From NCBI RefSeq assembly GCF_965641715.1, contig NZ_OZ282453.1: a stretch of DNA of 64,000 nt; one strand, given 5' to 3'. Below are positions 1 to 8,591 of this stretch, piece after piece. Made by a program: the position numbers and the translations under genes. This DNA is from Escherichia coli. GTDB lineage: Bacteria > Pseudomonadota > Gammaproteobacteria > Enterobacterales > Enterobacteriaceae. Under the pieces are notes generated by a model, which was not told the origin of the DNA, did no database searches, and saw nothing but the letters and a program-made list of their open reading frames with translations. The stretch's first letter is position 1. Every line of letters begins with the position of its first letter.

Positions 1-135
1 ACCGCGACCCTGAAAGTGGGGAAACTGTATATCGATTACGACTACACCCCCGTCCCGCCGCTGGAAAATCTGACCCTGCGCCAGCGCATCACCGATACCT
101 ATCTGGCGAACCTGTCAGACTCGGTCAACAGCTAA
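1..135 (+). CDS. P2-like phage tail sheath protein (gpFI-like), 3' end only, truncated by window edge
   Basis: Open frame from window start to TAA at about 133-135, directly upstream of the tail tube gene; assignment by P2 gene order (FI-FII), not by a recognisable motif. Confidence 0.45.
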   Translation, partial: TATLKVGKLYIDYDYTPVPPLENLTLRQRITDTYLANLSDSVNS

Positions 136-147
136 GGAGCTCTGAGC

Positions 148-666
148 ATGGCGTTACCCCGCAAACTGAAATACCTGAACATGTTCAACGATGGCCTCAG
201 CTATATGGGCGTTGTTGAATCCGTCACCCTGCCAAAACTGACCCGCAAGCTGGAGAAATATCGCGGCGGCGGAATGCCGGGGGCGGTGTCGGTTGACCTC
301 GGCCTCGATGATGATGCGCTGTCGCTTGAGTGGACGCTCGGTGGTCTGCCTGACATTGAATTGTGGGTGCAGTACGCCTCGCCGGGTGCTGACAGTGTGC
401 CGCTGCGCTTTACCAGCTCTTATCAGCGTGACGACACCGGCGCGATTTCTGCCGTCGAGGTAGTGATGCGTGGCCGTCATAAAGAATACGACGGCGGTGA
501 AAACAAGCAGGGCGAAAGCGGCACGACCAAAATGGCGACCGAGTGCGCCTATTACCAGCTCACGATTGATGGCAAAGAAGTCATCGAAATTGACGTGATC
601 AACATGGTGCTGAAAGTCGACGGTGTCGACCGTATGGCAGAGCATCGCAAGGCGATTGGCCTGTAA
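148..666 (+). CDS. P2-like phage tail tube protein (gpFII family)
   Basis: 172-aa ORF in track, same length as P2 FII; sits in conserved order FII-E-T-U-D-ogr. Confidence 0.85.
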   Translation: MALPRKLKYLNMFNDGLSYMGVVESVTLPKLTRKLEKYRGGGMPGAVSVDLGLDDDALSLEWTLGGLPDIELWVQYASPGADSVPLRFTSSYQRDDTGAISAVEVVMRGRHKEYDGGENKQGESGTTKMATECAYYQLTIDGKEVIEIDVINMVLKVDGVDRMAEHRKAIGL

Positions 667-720
667 TCCCTCAACCGGTCAGCGGGGCTGGCCGGTCACT
701 TACCCTGATGAGAAATTCGC

Positions 721-1035
721 ATGAAAAATATCAATGAAACTGCTGTTGCTGGCACTGAAAACGTCAATCCGAATGTCGTTATTTTTGACACGCCGCTGAT
801 GCGTGGTGAGCAGAAAATTGAACAGGTCACCTTAACCAAACCAAACGCGGGAACCCTGCGCGGGGTGTCGCTGGCCTCGCTGGCAAGTTCCGACGTTGAC
901 GCGCTGATTAAGGTGCTGCCGCGCATGACGTATCCGGCACTGACCGAGCACGAGCTCGCGCGTCTGGATGCGTCAGACCTGATTTCGCTGGCCGGTAAGG
1001 TGGTCGGTTTTTTGTCACCGGCTTCGGGTCGCTGA
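721..1035 (+). CDS. P2-like tail assembly chaperone (gpE family), zero-frame product
   Basis: 104-aa ORF between tail tube and tape measure genes; contains slippery T TTT TTG near its 3' end as in P2 E/E+E'. Confidence 0.75.
   Translation: MKNINETAVAGTENVNPNVVIFDTPLMRGEQKIEQVTLTKPNAGTLRGVSLASLASSDVDALIKVLPRMTYPALTEHELARLDASDLISLAGKVVGFLSPASGR
1008..1014 (+). other. Programmed -1 ribosomal frameshift site (T TTT TTG) producing E+E' fusion that would terminate near 1190
   Basis: Heptamer TTTTTTG in the E frame (codons GGT TTT TTG); the -1 frame stays open from the slip site to a TAA overlapping the tape measure start (about 1188-1190). Conserved chaperone frameshift of long-tailed phages (lambda G/GT, P2 E/E+E'). 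Confidence 0.65.
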
Positions 1036-1179
1036 CCTTCCCGGAAAAACTGTCGGTCGATGACCTGATGGCGGATATCGCGGTGATCTTCCACTGGCCG
1101 CCATCAGAGCTAAATTCCCTGAGCGTGACCGAGCTCCTGACATGGCGCGATAAGGCGCTGCAACGAAGCGGAAGCCATC

Positions 1180-3621
1180 ATGAGCAATAACGTCAGAATC
1201 GAGGTGCTGCTGAACGCAGTCGACCGGGCAAGCCGCCCGCTTAAAGCGATTCAGAACGCCAGCAAATCCCTGTCCGGTGATATCCGCAATTCACAAAAAA
1301 GCCTGCGCGAACTTAATGCGCAGGCGTCCCGTATTGACGGATTCCGCAAAGCCAGCGCACAGCTTGCCGTGACCGGTCACTCGCTTGAGAAAGCGAAACA
1401 GGAAGCGCAAGCCCTTGTCACGCAATTTAAAAACACCGAGCGCCCGACACGTGCGCAGGCGCAGGTGCTTGAATCGGCAAAGCGTGCCGCCGACGGGCTG
1501 CAGACGAAATACAACAGCCTAACTGAGTCTGTGAAACGCCAGCAACGCGAGCTCGGTGCTGTCGGGATTAATACCCGTAATCTGGCAAATGATGAGCGGG
1601 GGCTCAAATCGCGCATCAGTGAGACGACTGCGCAGCTCAATCGGCAGCGTGAGGCACTGGCGAAAGTCAGCGCACAGCAGGCAAAGTTAAGCCGGGTGAA
1701 AGCGCGGTATCAGGCCGGTAAATCGCTTGCCGGTAGCATGGCGGCGGCTGGCGCGGCCGGTGTCGGTATTGCGACAACAGGAACCATGGCCGGGGTCAAG
1801 CTGCTGACGCCGGGTTATGAATTTGCACAGAAAAACTCAAAGCTGCAGGCAGTGCTCGGTGTCGACAAACAGTCGCCTGAAATGCAGGCGCTGCGTAAAC
1901 AAGCGCGCCAGCTCGGTGACAATACCGCTGCCTCTGCCGATGATGCGGCGGGTGCGCAGATTATCATCGCGAAAAGCGGCGGTGATGCGGCGGCCATTCA
2001 GGCGGCGACGCCGGTCACACTGAATATGGCGCTGTCCAACAAGCGCACGATGGAAGAGAACGCCGCGCTGCTGACGGGCATGAAATCCGCTTTCCAGCTC
2101 TCTAACGATAAAGTCGCGCATATTGGCGATGTTCTCTCGATGACGATGAACAAAACCGCCGCTGACTTTGACGGGATGAGCGATGCGCTGACCTATACCG
2201 CGCCGGTGGCGAAAAATGCCGGGGTGAGTATCGAAGAAACCGCCGCGATGGTGGGGGCGCTGCACGATTCTAAAATCACCGGCTCGATGGCGGGTACAGG
2301 GAGCCGTGCCGTTCTGAGTCGCCTGCAGGCGCCGACCGGTAAAGCCTACGACGCCATCAAAGAGCTCGGCATTAAAACGAGCGACAGCAAAGGCAATACG
2401 CGCCCGATATTTTCCATCCTGAAGGAAATGCAGCGCAGTTTTGAGAAAAACAATCTCGGAACGGGTCAGAAAGCCGAATACATGAAAACCATTTTCGGTG
2501 AAGAAGCCAGCTCAGCGGCCGCTGTGCTGATGGCCGCCGCATCAAACGGCAAGCTCGACCAGCTCACCGCCGCGTTTAAAGCCTCGGACGGCAAGACTGA
2601 GGAGCTGGTTAAGGTTATGCAGGATAACCTCGGCGGCGACTTTAAAGAGTTTCAGTCAGCCTATGAGGCGGTTGGCACTGACCTGTTTGATCAGCAGGAG
2701 GGCTCACTGCGTAAGCTGACGCAGACGGCCACGCAATATGTGCTCAGGCTCGACGGCTGGATCCAGAAAAATAAAGGGCTGGCGACCACCATCGGCGTGG
2801 TGGTCGGGGGTGCGCTGGCGCTGATTGGTGTAATGGGCGGGATTGGCCTTGTCGCATGGCCGGTGGTAATGGGGATTAATGCCATCATTGCGGCGGCTGG
2901 CGTGCTCGGTGTGGTTTTCAGTACGGTTGGAGGCGCGATTGTCACGGCCATTGGCGCAATCAGCCTGCCGGTGCTGGCGGTTGCCGGTGCCGTGGTGGCC
3001 GGTGCGTTGCTGATCCGTAAATACTGGGAGCCGCTCGGTGCATTTTTCTCGGGCGTGGTGGAGGGACTGAAAGCCGCCTTTGCACCGGTGGGGGACATGT
3101 TTACCCCGCTCGCGCCGGTGTTTGACGCCATCGCTGAAAAGCTGGGTGTCGTCTGCCAGTGGTTTAAAGACCTGCTTGCGCCGGTGAAAGCCACGCAGGA
3201 CACGCTCTCCAGTTGCAAAAATGTCGGCGTTACTTTTGGTCAGGCGCTGGCTGATGCGCTGATGATGCCGCTCAAGATGTTTAACAGCCTGAGCGGCAAG
3301 GTCGGCTGGCTGCTGGAGAAACTCGGCGTTATCAAAAAAGAATCCAGCGACCTCGACCAGACCGCAGCGAAAGCGAATAAGGCGTCCCCGAATGGCGGGT
3401 ATATCCCTGCGACCGCAGGTTATGGCGGGTATCAGGCGTATCAGCCGGTCACAGCGCCCGCAGGCCTGTCTTATATCGACCAGAGCAAAAGCGAATACAA
3501 CATCAACCTGCAGGGCGGAGTCGCACCGGGCAGTGACCTTGACCGCCAGCTCCGTGACGCGGTCGACAAACTTGACCGCGAGAAACGTGCGCGTCAGCGA
3601 TCCAGTATGAGACTCGACTGA
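1180..3621 (+). CDS. P2-like phage tail tape measure protein (gpT family)
   Basis: 813-aa ORF; Ala/Gln/Lys-rich N-terminal half and long Gly/Ala/Val-rich hydrophobic segment; position between E/E' and U. Confidence 0.9.
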   Translation: MSNNVRIEVLLNAVDRASRPLKAIQNASKSLSGDIRNSQKSLRELNAQASRIDGFRKASAQLAVTGHSLEKAKQEAQALVTQFKNTERPTRAQAQVLESAKRAADGLQTKYNSLTESVKRQQRELGAVGINTRNLANDERGLKSRISETTAQLNRQREALAKVSAQQAKLSRVKARYQAGKSLAGSMAAAGAAGVGIATTGTMAGVKLLTPGYEFAQKNSKLQAVLGVDKQSPEMQALRKQARQLGDNTAASADDAAGAQIIIAKSGGDAAAIQAATPVTLNMALSNKRTMEENAALLTGMKSAFQLSNDKVAHIGDVLSMTMNKTAADFDGMSDALTYTAPVAKNAGVSIEETAAMVGALHDSKITGSMAGTGSRAVLSRLQAPTGKAYDAIKELGIKTSDSKGNTRPIFSILKEMQRSFEKNNLGTGQKAEYMKTIFGEEASSAAAVLMAAASNGKLDQLTAAFKASDGKTEELVKVMQDNLGGDFKEFQSAYEAVGTDLFDQQEGSLRKLTQTATQYVLRLDGWIQKNKGLATTIGVVVGGALALIGVMGGIGLVAWPVVMGINAIIAAAGVLGVVFSTVGGAIVTAIGAISLPVLAVAGAVVAGALLIRKYWEPLGAFFSGVVEGLKAAFAPVGDMFTPLAPVFDAIAEKLGVVCQWFKDLLAPVKATQDTLSSCKNVGVTFGQALADALMMPLKMFNSLSGKVGWLLEKLGVIKKESSDLDQTAAKANKASPNGGYIPATAGYGGYQAYQPVTAPAGLSYIDQSKSEYNINLQGGVAPGSDLDRQLRDAVDKLDREKRARQRSSMRLD

Positions 3622-3634
3622 GGGAGGGATAAAA

Positions 3635-4099
3635 ATGTTAATGGGGCTGGGCTTTTTCGTGTTTGAACGGCGCACCCTGCCGCATCAGTCAATGCAGTAT
3701 TCGAAGGACTACCGCTGGGTGTCAAATGACCGTATCGGAAAACCCCCGGCTTATCAGTATCTCGGGGAGGGGGAAACCTCGCGTACCCTGTCGGGCACGC
3801 TTTACCCTGAAATCACCGGCGGGCGTCTGTCACTGATGGCCATCGAACTGATGGCCGATGAGGGGCGCGCATGGCCGCTGATTGACGGAACCGGCATGAT
3901 CCACGGGATGTATGTCATCGATAAAGTGACTCACAACCACACCGAGTTATTCAGCGACGGCGCGGCTAAAAAAATCGAGTTTAGCCTGTCGCTTAAGCGG
4001 GTGGATGAATCCCTCGCGGCCATCTACGGCGACCTGAAAACGCAGGCTGATAATCTGGTCACGTCTGCCGGTAACTGGCTCGGGGGGCTGGCGGGATGA
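3635..4099 (+). CDS. P2-like phage tail protein (gpU family)
   Basis: 154-aa ORF immediately after tape measure and overlapping gpD start by 4 nt; P2 synteny. Confidence 0.8.
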   Translation: MLMGLGFFVFERRTLPHQSMQYSKDYRWVSNDRIGKPPAYQYLGEGETSRTLSGTLYPEITGGRLSLMAIELMADEGRAWPLIDGTGMIHGMYVIDKVTHNHTELFSDGAAKKIEFSLSLKRVDESLAAIYGDLKTQADNLVTSAGNWLGGLAG

Positions 4100-5259
4100 T
4101 AACGGGAATGACTATTCAGGCCGGGGCGCGCATTGCTCCTGATTTTATGCTCACGCTCGGTGGCGCAGATATCACACAGAATTTCAGCGACCGGCTTATC
4201 GGGCTGACCATGACCGACAATCGCGGATTCGAGGCTGACCAGCTTGATATCGAGCTCGATGATACCGATGGACTGGTCGAGCTGCCGCCGCGCGGGGCAT
4301 CGCTGACCCTGTGGCTGGGCTGGCAGGGCTCGGCGCTGATTAACAAAGGGAGTTTTACGGTTGACGAAATCGAGCACCGGGGCGCGCCTGACAGGCTGAC
4401 TATCCGGGGACGCAGTGCGGATTTTCGCGGGACGCTGAACTCGCGCCGCGAGCAGTCATGGCACGACACCACGCTCGGGGTGATTGTCGAGACTATCGCG
4501 CAGCGTAACAAACTGACGGCCAGCGTGGCTGATACCCTGAAAGCTGTTGCTGTGCCGCATATTGACCAGTCTCAGGAATCCGACGCGGCGTTTTTGTCCC
4601 GACTGGCGGATCGCAACGGGGCAACGGTTTCGGTCAAGGCCGGGAAATTGTTATTCCTGAAAGCCGGTAGCGCGATGACGGCCAGTGGTAAGGCCATCCC
4701 GCAAATGACCGTCGAACGCGGCGACGGCGACCGGCATCAGTTTGCCATAGCCGACCGCGAGGCATACTCCGGCGTAACCGCTAAATGGCTGCACACCAGA
4801 GACCCGAAACCGCAAAAGCAAAAGGTGAAGCTCAAGCGCAAACCCAAAGAGCAGCACCTGCGTGCGCTGCAGCACCCGAAGGTTGCTAAAACATCGGCAA
4901 AGGCTAAAAAGAAGAAGGTGCAGGAAGCGCGGGAAGGTGAGTATATGGCCGGTGAGTCCGACAATGTTCTGGAACTCACGACCATCTACGCGACAAAGGC
5001 GCAGGCCATGCGCGCAGCTCAGGCAAAGTGGGACAGGATACAGCGTGGGGTGGCGGAGTTTTCGATCACGCTCGCCACTGGCCGCGCTGATTTATTTCCT
5101 GAAACGCCGGTGGCAGTGAAAGGCTTTAAGCGCGTTATAGACGAGCAGGCGTGGATAATCAGTCGTGTGGTACACAGCCTCAACGGGAGCGGCTTCACGA
5201 CGGGCTTAGAGCTTGAGGTTAAGGTTTCTGATGTGGAGTATGAAAGCGAGGAAGTTTAA
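4096..5259 (+). CDS. P2-like phage tail protein D (gpD family)
   Basis: 387-aa ORF (same length as P2 gpD) with Lys-rich basic stretch; followed by ogr. K-12 retains only a remnant of this gene (yegZ) at this position. Confidence 0.85.
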   Translation: MITGMTIQAGARIAPDFMLTLGGADITQNFSDRLIGLTMTDNRGFEADQLDIELDDTDGLVELPPRGASLTLWLGWQGSALINKGSFTVDEIEHRGAPDRLTIRGRSADFRGTLNSRREQSWHDTTLGVIVETIAQRNKLTASVADTLKAVAVPHIDQSQESDAAFLSRLADRNGATVSVKAGKLLFLKAGSAMTASGKAIPQMTVERGDGDRHQFAIADREAYSGVTAKWLHTRDPKPQKQKVKLKRKPKEQHLRALQHPKVAKTSAKAKKKKVQEAREGEYMAGESDNVLELTTIYATKAQAMRAAQAKWDRIQRGVAEFSITLATGRADLFPETPVAVKGFKRVIDEQAWIISRVVHSLNGSGFTTGLELEVKVSDVEYESEEV

Positions 5260-5339
5260 CGGTGTGTGTTGTTTATGTGTTTGTTTTATAAATAAAAATT
5301 AGTAAAATTAACACATTGAATACGCCGGAGACCCTCATC

Positions 5340-5561
5340 ATGTTTCATTGTCCGAAATGCCATCATGCCGCCCACGCCCGCACGAGTCGCTATTTTACTG
5401 ATACCACAAAAGAGCGGTATCACCAGTGCACAAACATTAACTGCAGCTGCACGTTTGTGACCACTGAAACAGTCGAGCGTTTTATCGTGTCGCCGGGGGA
5501 AGTAGTACCCGCGCCGCCGCATCCGACATCATCAGGTCAGCAACAAATTCACTGGATGTGA
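5340..5561 (+). CDS. ogr: Ogr/Delta-family zinc-finger late-gene transcription activator
   Basis: 72-aa product MFHCPKCHHAAHARTSRYF...CTNINCSCTF with Cys4 zinc-finger spacing typical of P2 Ogr; ATG at 5340 inside track ORF 5316-5561. Confidence 0.9.
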   Translation: MFHCPKCHHAAHARTSRYFTDTTKERYHQCTNINCSCTFVTTETVERFIVSPGEVVPAPPHPTSSGQQQIHWM

Positions 5562-5571
5562 CAAACGAGAA

Positions 5572-5596
5572 AGCCCCGCGAATGCGGGGCTTTTTG
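5572..5596 (+). terminator. Rho-independent terminator downstream of ogr
   Basis: GC stem AGCCCCGC / GCGGGGCT with 4-nt loop followed by TTTTT, 10 nt after the ogr stop. Confidence 0.65.
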
Positions 5597-5866
5597 CAAC
5601 TTTTAGATCAGTTATGTTAAGTACATTTCCGTCGGCAAAGTGCCAGGAGCGGGTTCTAGAGAGTGACTAACGTTAGTTATATGTGTAAAATTCCTTAAAA
5701 ATAAGAAGGATATATATCCATGACAGCAATTGCATATTGGATTAACTGAGAATCAATTGAGAAATTTTTGGGGGGCAAAAAATAAACTAGCTAATTAAAT
5801 TTTTATAAATAACGAATATAAGACTGCAAGCCATTTAACAAAAGTTTATAAATAAAGGAGTCAGTT

Positions 5867-6718
5867 TTGAACAATATCCCCATATCTACTCAATGGACTT
5901 TAGACGCTACGGGTGAAGTTGGACGCTCATCAGTAAATTCTGTTTATATGATTATATGTCCTGCGACAGGCTCGAAAGGATCTGGTTTTTTAATAGATAA
6001 TGGGTTAATAGTAACGAACGAGCATGTTATCACTGGATGCTCTACAAATCAGATTTTCGCAATTTCAGCTTATGGACAGAAGATTCCAATTTCTCAAAAA
6101 TGGATAGATTCTGATCGCGATTTAGCTGTGCTGAGACCTGCCATTACCCAGACTGGTGGGCTAAGTATTGTTAAGGATAATGATCTTAAAGTTGGTGAAT
6201 CAGTAACAACTTGGGGATACCCATTAGGATACAACGGTCCTGCACCGTTACTATCCGTTGGTTATCTAGCAGGATTTAACTCATACCAAACCGCCAAGGG
6301 ACAAAAAAAACATCTAGTGGTAAATGGGGCATTTAACTCAGGAAATTCTGGTGGAGCTCTTTTAAAAGCTTCAGATAATAAAGTAATAGGTATTGTAGTG
6401 AGTAAGCATGCTCCTATCAGTCAATACCATCAATCAGCTATTGAAGCTTTGTCTGAAAATATGAGTGGCGTCACCTATACCGCTACTAATGACGCTGGAG
6501 AAACTAAAAGTTTTGTAGAATCTCAAATTGTAGCAGAATTATTGATTCATATGAGAAGTCTAACTCAAGTTATGATTGGAGAAGCAATTGCAGCAGAGGA
6601 ATTACTTTCGATGCTTAGCGAAATTGACTTGAGTCCACCACAATCTATGTCAAGAAATGCCTTATGTCATTGCGGGAGTGGAAAACGCTTCAAAGAATGT
6701 CATGGAAAGATATCCTAG
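5867..6718 (+). CDS. Prophage cargo protein: cytoplasmic HtrA/DegP-like (S1C, trypsin-fold) serine protease domain fused to C-terminal SEC-C zinc-binding motif
   Basis: 283-aa ORF with TTG start 6 nt after an AAGGAG Shine-Dalgarno. Motifs: GSGFLI...TNEHV (His about aa 53), DLAVL (Asp about aa 85), GNSGGAL (Ser about aa 161), as in the DegP/HtrA catalytic triad. C-terminus CHCGSGKRFKECHG matches the SecA SEC-C zinc motif. No signal peptide, no PDZ domain. Visibly AT-rich relative to flanks. Confidence 0.75.
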   Translation: MNNIPISTQWTLDATGEVGRSSVNSVYMIICPATGSKGSGFLIDNGLIVTNEHVITGCSTNQIFAISAYGQKIPISQKWIDSDRDLAVLRPAITQTGGLSIVKDNDLKVGESVTTWGYPLGYNGPAPLLSVGYLAGFNSYQTAKGQKKHLVVNGAFNSGNSGGALLKASDNKVIGIVVSKHAPISQYHQSAIEALSENMSGVTYTATNDAGETKSFVESQIVAELLIHMRSLTQVMIGEAIAAEELLSMLSEIDLSPPQSMSRNALCHCGSGKRFKECHGKIS

Positions 6719-6866
6719 TAAGTACTTATATCAGTCTGATAATGGCTCTTCAAATACAAAAGACTTCACTTACTCTGCCGTCATCTCTGCTCCTCGCTTA
6801 TTGCAGACGGTCAAAAGCTTACAAGCTGTTGACTAGATGTGTTCTTACATTGTCAGTTAAAACAAA

Positions 6867-6891
6867 AGCCCCGCAAATGCGGGGCTTTTTG
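6867..6891 (+). terminator. Rho-independent terminator downstream of the cargo gene (near-identical copy of the ogr terminator)
   Basis: Stem AGCCCCGC / GCGGGGCT, loop AAAT, then TTTTT; differs from the 5572-5596 hairpin essentially by one loop base. Confidence 0.65.
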
Positions 6892-6956
6892 TATCGATGT
6901 GGTCAATGTGTGGACATTGATAGAAATAAATCCATTTATTTCAGTAAGTTACATGC

Positions 6957-6983
6957 AAAAAATAAGCCCGTGTAAGGGAGATT
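6957..6983. other. P2-type attachment site core (prophage attR), identical to the 3' end of cyaR
   Basis: Sequence AAAAAATAAGCCCGTGTAAGGGAGATT matches the 27-nt P2 att core as I recall it; lies at the junction between prophage cargo and the host cyaR gene. Confidence 0.55.
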
Positions 6984-7043
6984 ACACAGGCTAAGGAGGT
7001 GGTTCCTGGTACAGCTAGCATTTTATGGGTTATGTTTTTCAGC
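6957..7043 (-). ncRNA. cyaR: CyaR (RyeE) Hfq-dependent sRNA
   Basis: Minus-strand sequence GCUGAAAAACAUAACCCAUAAAAUGCUAGCUGUACCAGGAACCACCUCCUUAGCCUGUGUAAUCUCCCUUACACGGGCUUAUUUUUU matches CyaR from memory, including the CCUCCU anti-SD loop and terminator; a TGTGA CRP half-site lies about 40 nt upstream. Confidence 0.8.
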
Positions 7044-7127
7044 GAAGCGGATGATAACCTTAATAAATGCAGCTGTATGTGATCGGTTTCTAAGAATTTT
7101 CCATCCGGGAAAAATAATCGAAATTAA

Positions 7128-8489
7128 TCACTTACCGTGGGGGTTACGCGTGGTTTCCCCGGAGAAATTACGCATCAGCAGCGCGTAATTTAGCTCAAGA
7201 TCCTGCGGCACCGGGAGCCACACAGTATAACCATCGCCTGGTGCTATCGGCATAGCTTCGCCTTTGGCGTTTTCCATGTGCTCAAGGGTAAAGTTAATGT
7301 TGCCTTGCGGCGTCATCAGCTCAAGGCTGTCGCCAACGGAGAATTTATTTTTCACCGCTACCGCCGCGAGGTCCCCCTTGCGCTCACCGGTAAACTCACC
7401 AACAAACTGCTGGCGGTCAGAAACCGAATAACCGTATTCGTAGTTCTGATAATCGTCGTGAGTATGACGACGCAGGAAACCTTCGGTATAGCCACGATGC
7501 GCCAGACCTTCCAGAGTTTCTAGCAGGCTGGTATCGAACGGTTTGCCCGCAGCGGCATCATCGATAGCTTTGCGGTAAACCTGTGCGGTGCGTGCGCAAT
7601 AGTAGAAAGATTTAGTACGGCCTTCGATTTTCAGCGAATGCACGCCCATTTTGGTCAGGCGTTCTACATGGGCGATGGCGCGCAGATCTTTCGAGTTCAT
7701 GATGTAAGTGCCGTGCTCATCTTCAAACGCGGTCATATACTCGCCCGGACGCTGGGCTTCTTCGATCATAAACACTTTGTCGGTTGGCGCGCCGATACCC
7801 AGCGTCGGCTCAACATTTTGCACCGGAATCGGCTCGTACTTGTGTACGATGTTGCCAACATCATCTTCTTTCCCTTCCTGGACGTTGTACTCCCAGCGGC
7901 AGGCGTTGGTGCAGGTACCCTGGTTCGGATCGCGCTTGTTGATATAGCCAGAGAGCAGGCAGCGACCGGAGTAGGCCATGCACAGTGCGCCGTGAACGAA
8001 GATCTCGATCTCCATATCCGGCACCTGATTGCGGATCTCTTCAATCTCTTCCAGCGACAGCTCGCGAGAGAGGATCACGCGGGTCAGGCCCATTTGCTGC
8101 CAGAATTTCACCGTTGCCCAGTTTACGGCGTTAGCCTGCACCGAGAGGTGGATCGGCATTTCAGGGAAGTGCTCACGCACCAGCATAATCAGCCCTGGAT
8201 CGGACATAATCAGCGCATCCGGCCCCATTTCCACCACCGGTTTCAGGTCACGGATAAAGGTTTTCAGCTTGGCGTTGTGCGGTGCAATGTTGACCACGAC
8301 ATAAAACTTTTTCCCCAGCGCGTGGGCTTCATTGATGCCGAGCTGAAGATTTTCGTGGTTGAATTCGTTGTTGCGCACACGCAGGGAGTAACGCGGCTGG
8401 CCCGCATAAACAGCATCTGCGCCATAAGCGAAAGCGTAACGCATATTTTTCAGCGTTCCCGCCGGGGAAAGGAGTTCCGGTTTAAACAT
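7128..8489 (-). CDS. rlhA: U32-family peptidase-like protein YegQ/RlhA (23S rRNA 5-hydroxycytidine synthase)
   Basis: 453-aa ORF recognised as E. coli YegQ (MFKPELLSPAGTLKNMRYAFAYGADAVYAGQPRYSLR...); conserved position next to cyaR. Confidence 0.9.
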   Translation of the reverse strand: MFKPELLSPAGTLKNMRYAFAYGADAVYAGQPRYSLRVRNNEFNHENLQLGINEAHALGKKFYVVVNIAPHNAKLKTFIRDLKPVVEMGPDALIMSDPGLIMLVREHFPEMPIHLSVQANAVNWATVKFWQQMGLTRVILSRELSLEEIEEIRNQVPDMEIEIFVHGALCMAYSGRCLLSGYINKRDPNQGTCTNACRWEYNVQEGKEDDVGNIVHKYEPIPVQNVEPTLGIGAPTDKVFMIEEAQRPGEYMTAFEDEHGTYIMNSKDLRAIAHVERLTKMGVHSLKIEGRTKSFYYCARTAQVYRKAIDDAAAGKPFDTSLLETLEGLAHRGYTEGFLRRHTHDDYQNYEYGYSVSDRQQFVGEFTGERKGDLAAVAVKNKFSVGDSLELMTPQGNINFTLEHMENAKGEAMPIAPGDGYTVWLPVPQDLELNYALLMRNFSGETTRNPHGK

Positions 8490-8591
8490 AATTCTCTCGT
8501 TCTGATGACAGGTCAGATCCGCTTCACCTGATGAAGCGGTTAGGGGAGTGCCCCCACTTTAAGGGCGGGCATTGTAGCGCAATCGGCGGGT

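Larger units (their letters stand above)
1..6983. mobile_element. Right arm of a P2-like prophage (sheath 3' end, FII, E/E', T, U, D, ogr, cargo gene, attR); left boundary outside window
   Basis: Collinear P2 tail/late-control gene order with P2-like protein sizes, ending at a P2 att core next to cyaR. K-12 carries only ogrK/yegZ remnants here. Confidence 0.85.

Noticed and set aside
2704-3675. 323-aa minus-strand ORF antisense to the tape measure gene
   Set aside because: Embedded opposite a strongly supported phage gene; Arg/His-rich shadow-ORF composition.
6664-6975. 103-aa plus-strand ORF overlapping the end of the protease gene and running through the terminator hairpin into the att core/cyaR
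   Set aside because: Reads straight across a strong terminator hairpin and the sRNA gene; no SD; composition unlike a real protein. Most likely a chance frame.
7638-8531. 297-aa plus-strand ORF antisense to yegQ
   Set aside because: Lies entirely inside, and opposite to, the well-supported yegQ/rlhA CDS; a typical GC-rich antisense shadow ORF with a low-complexity, Arg/His-rich translation.
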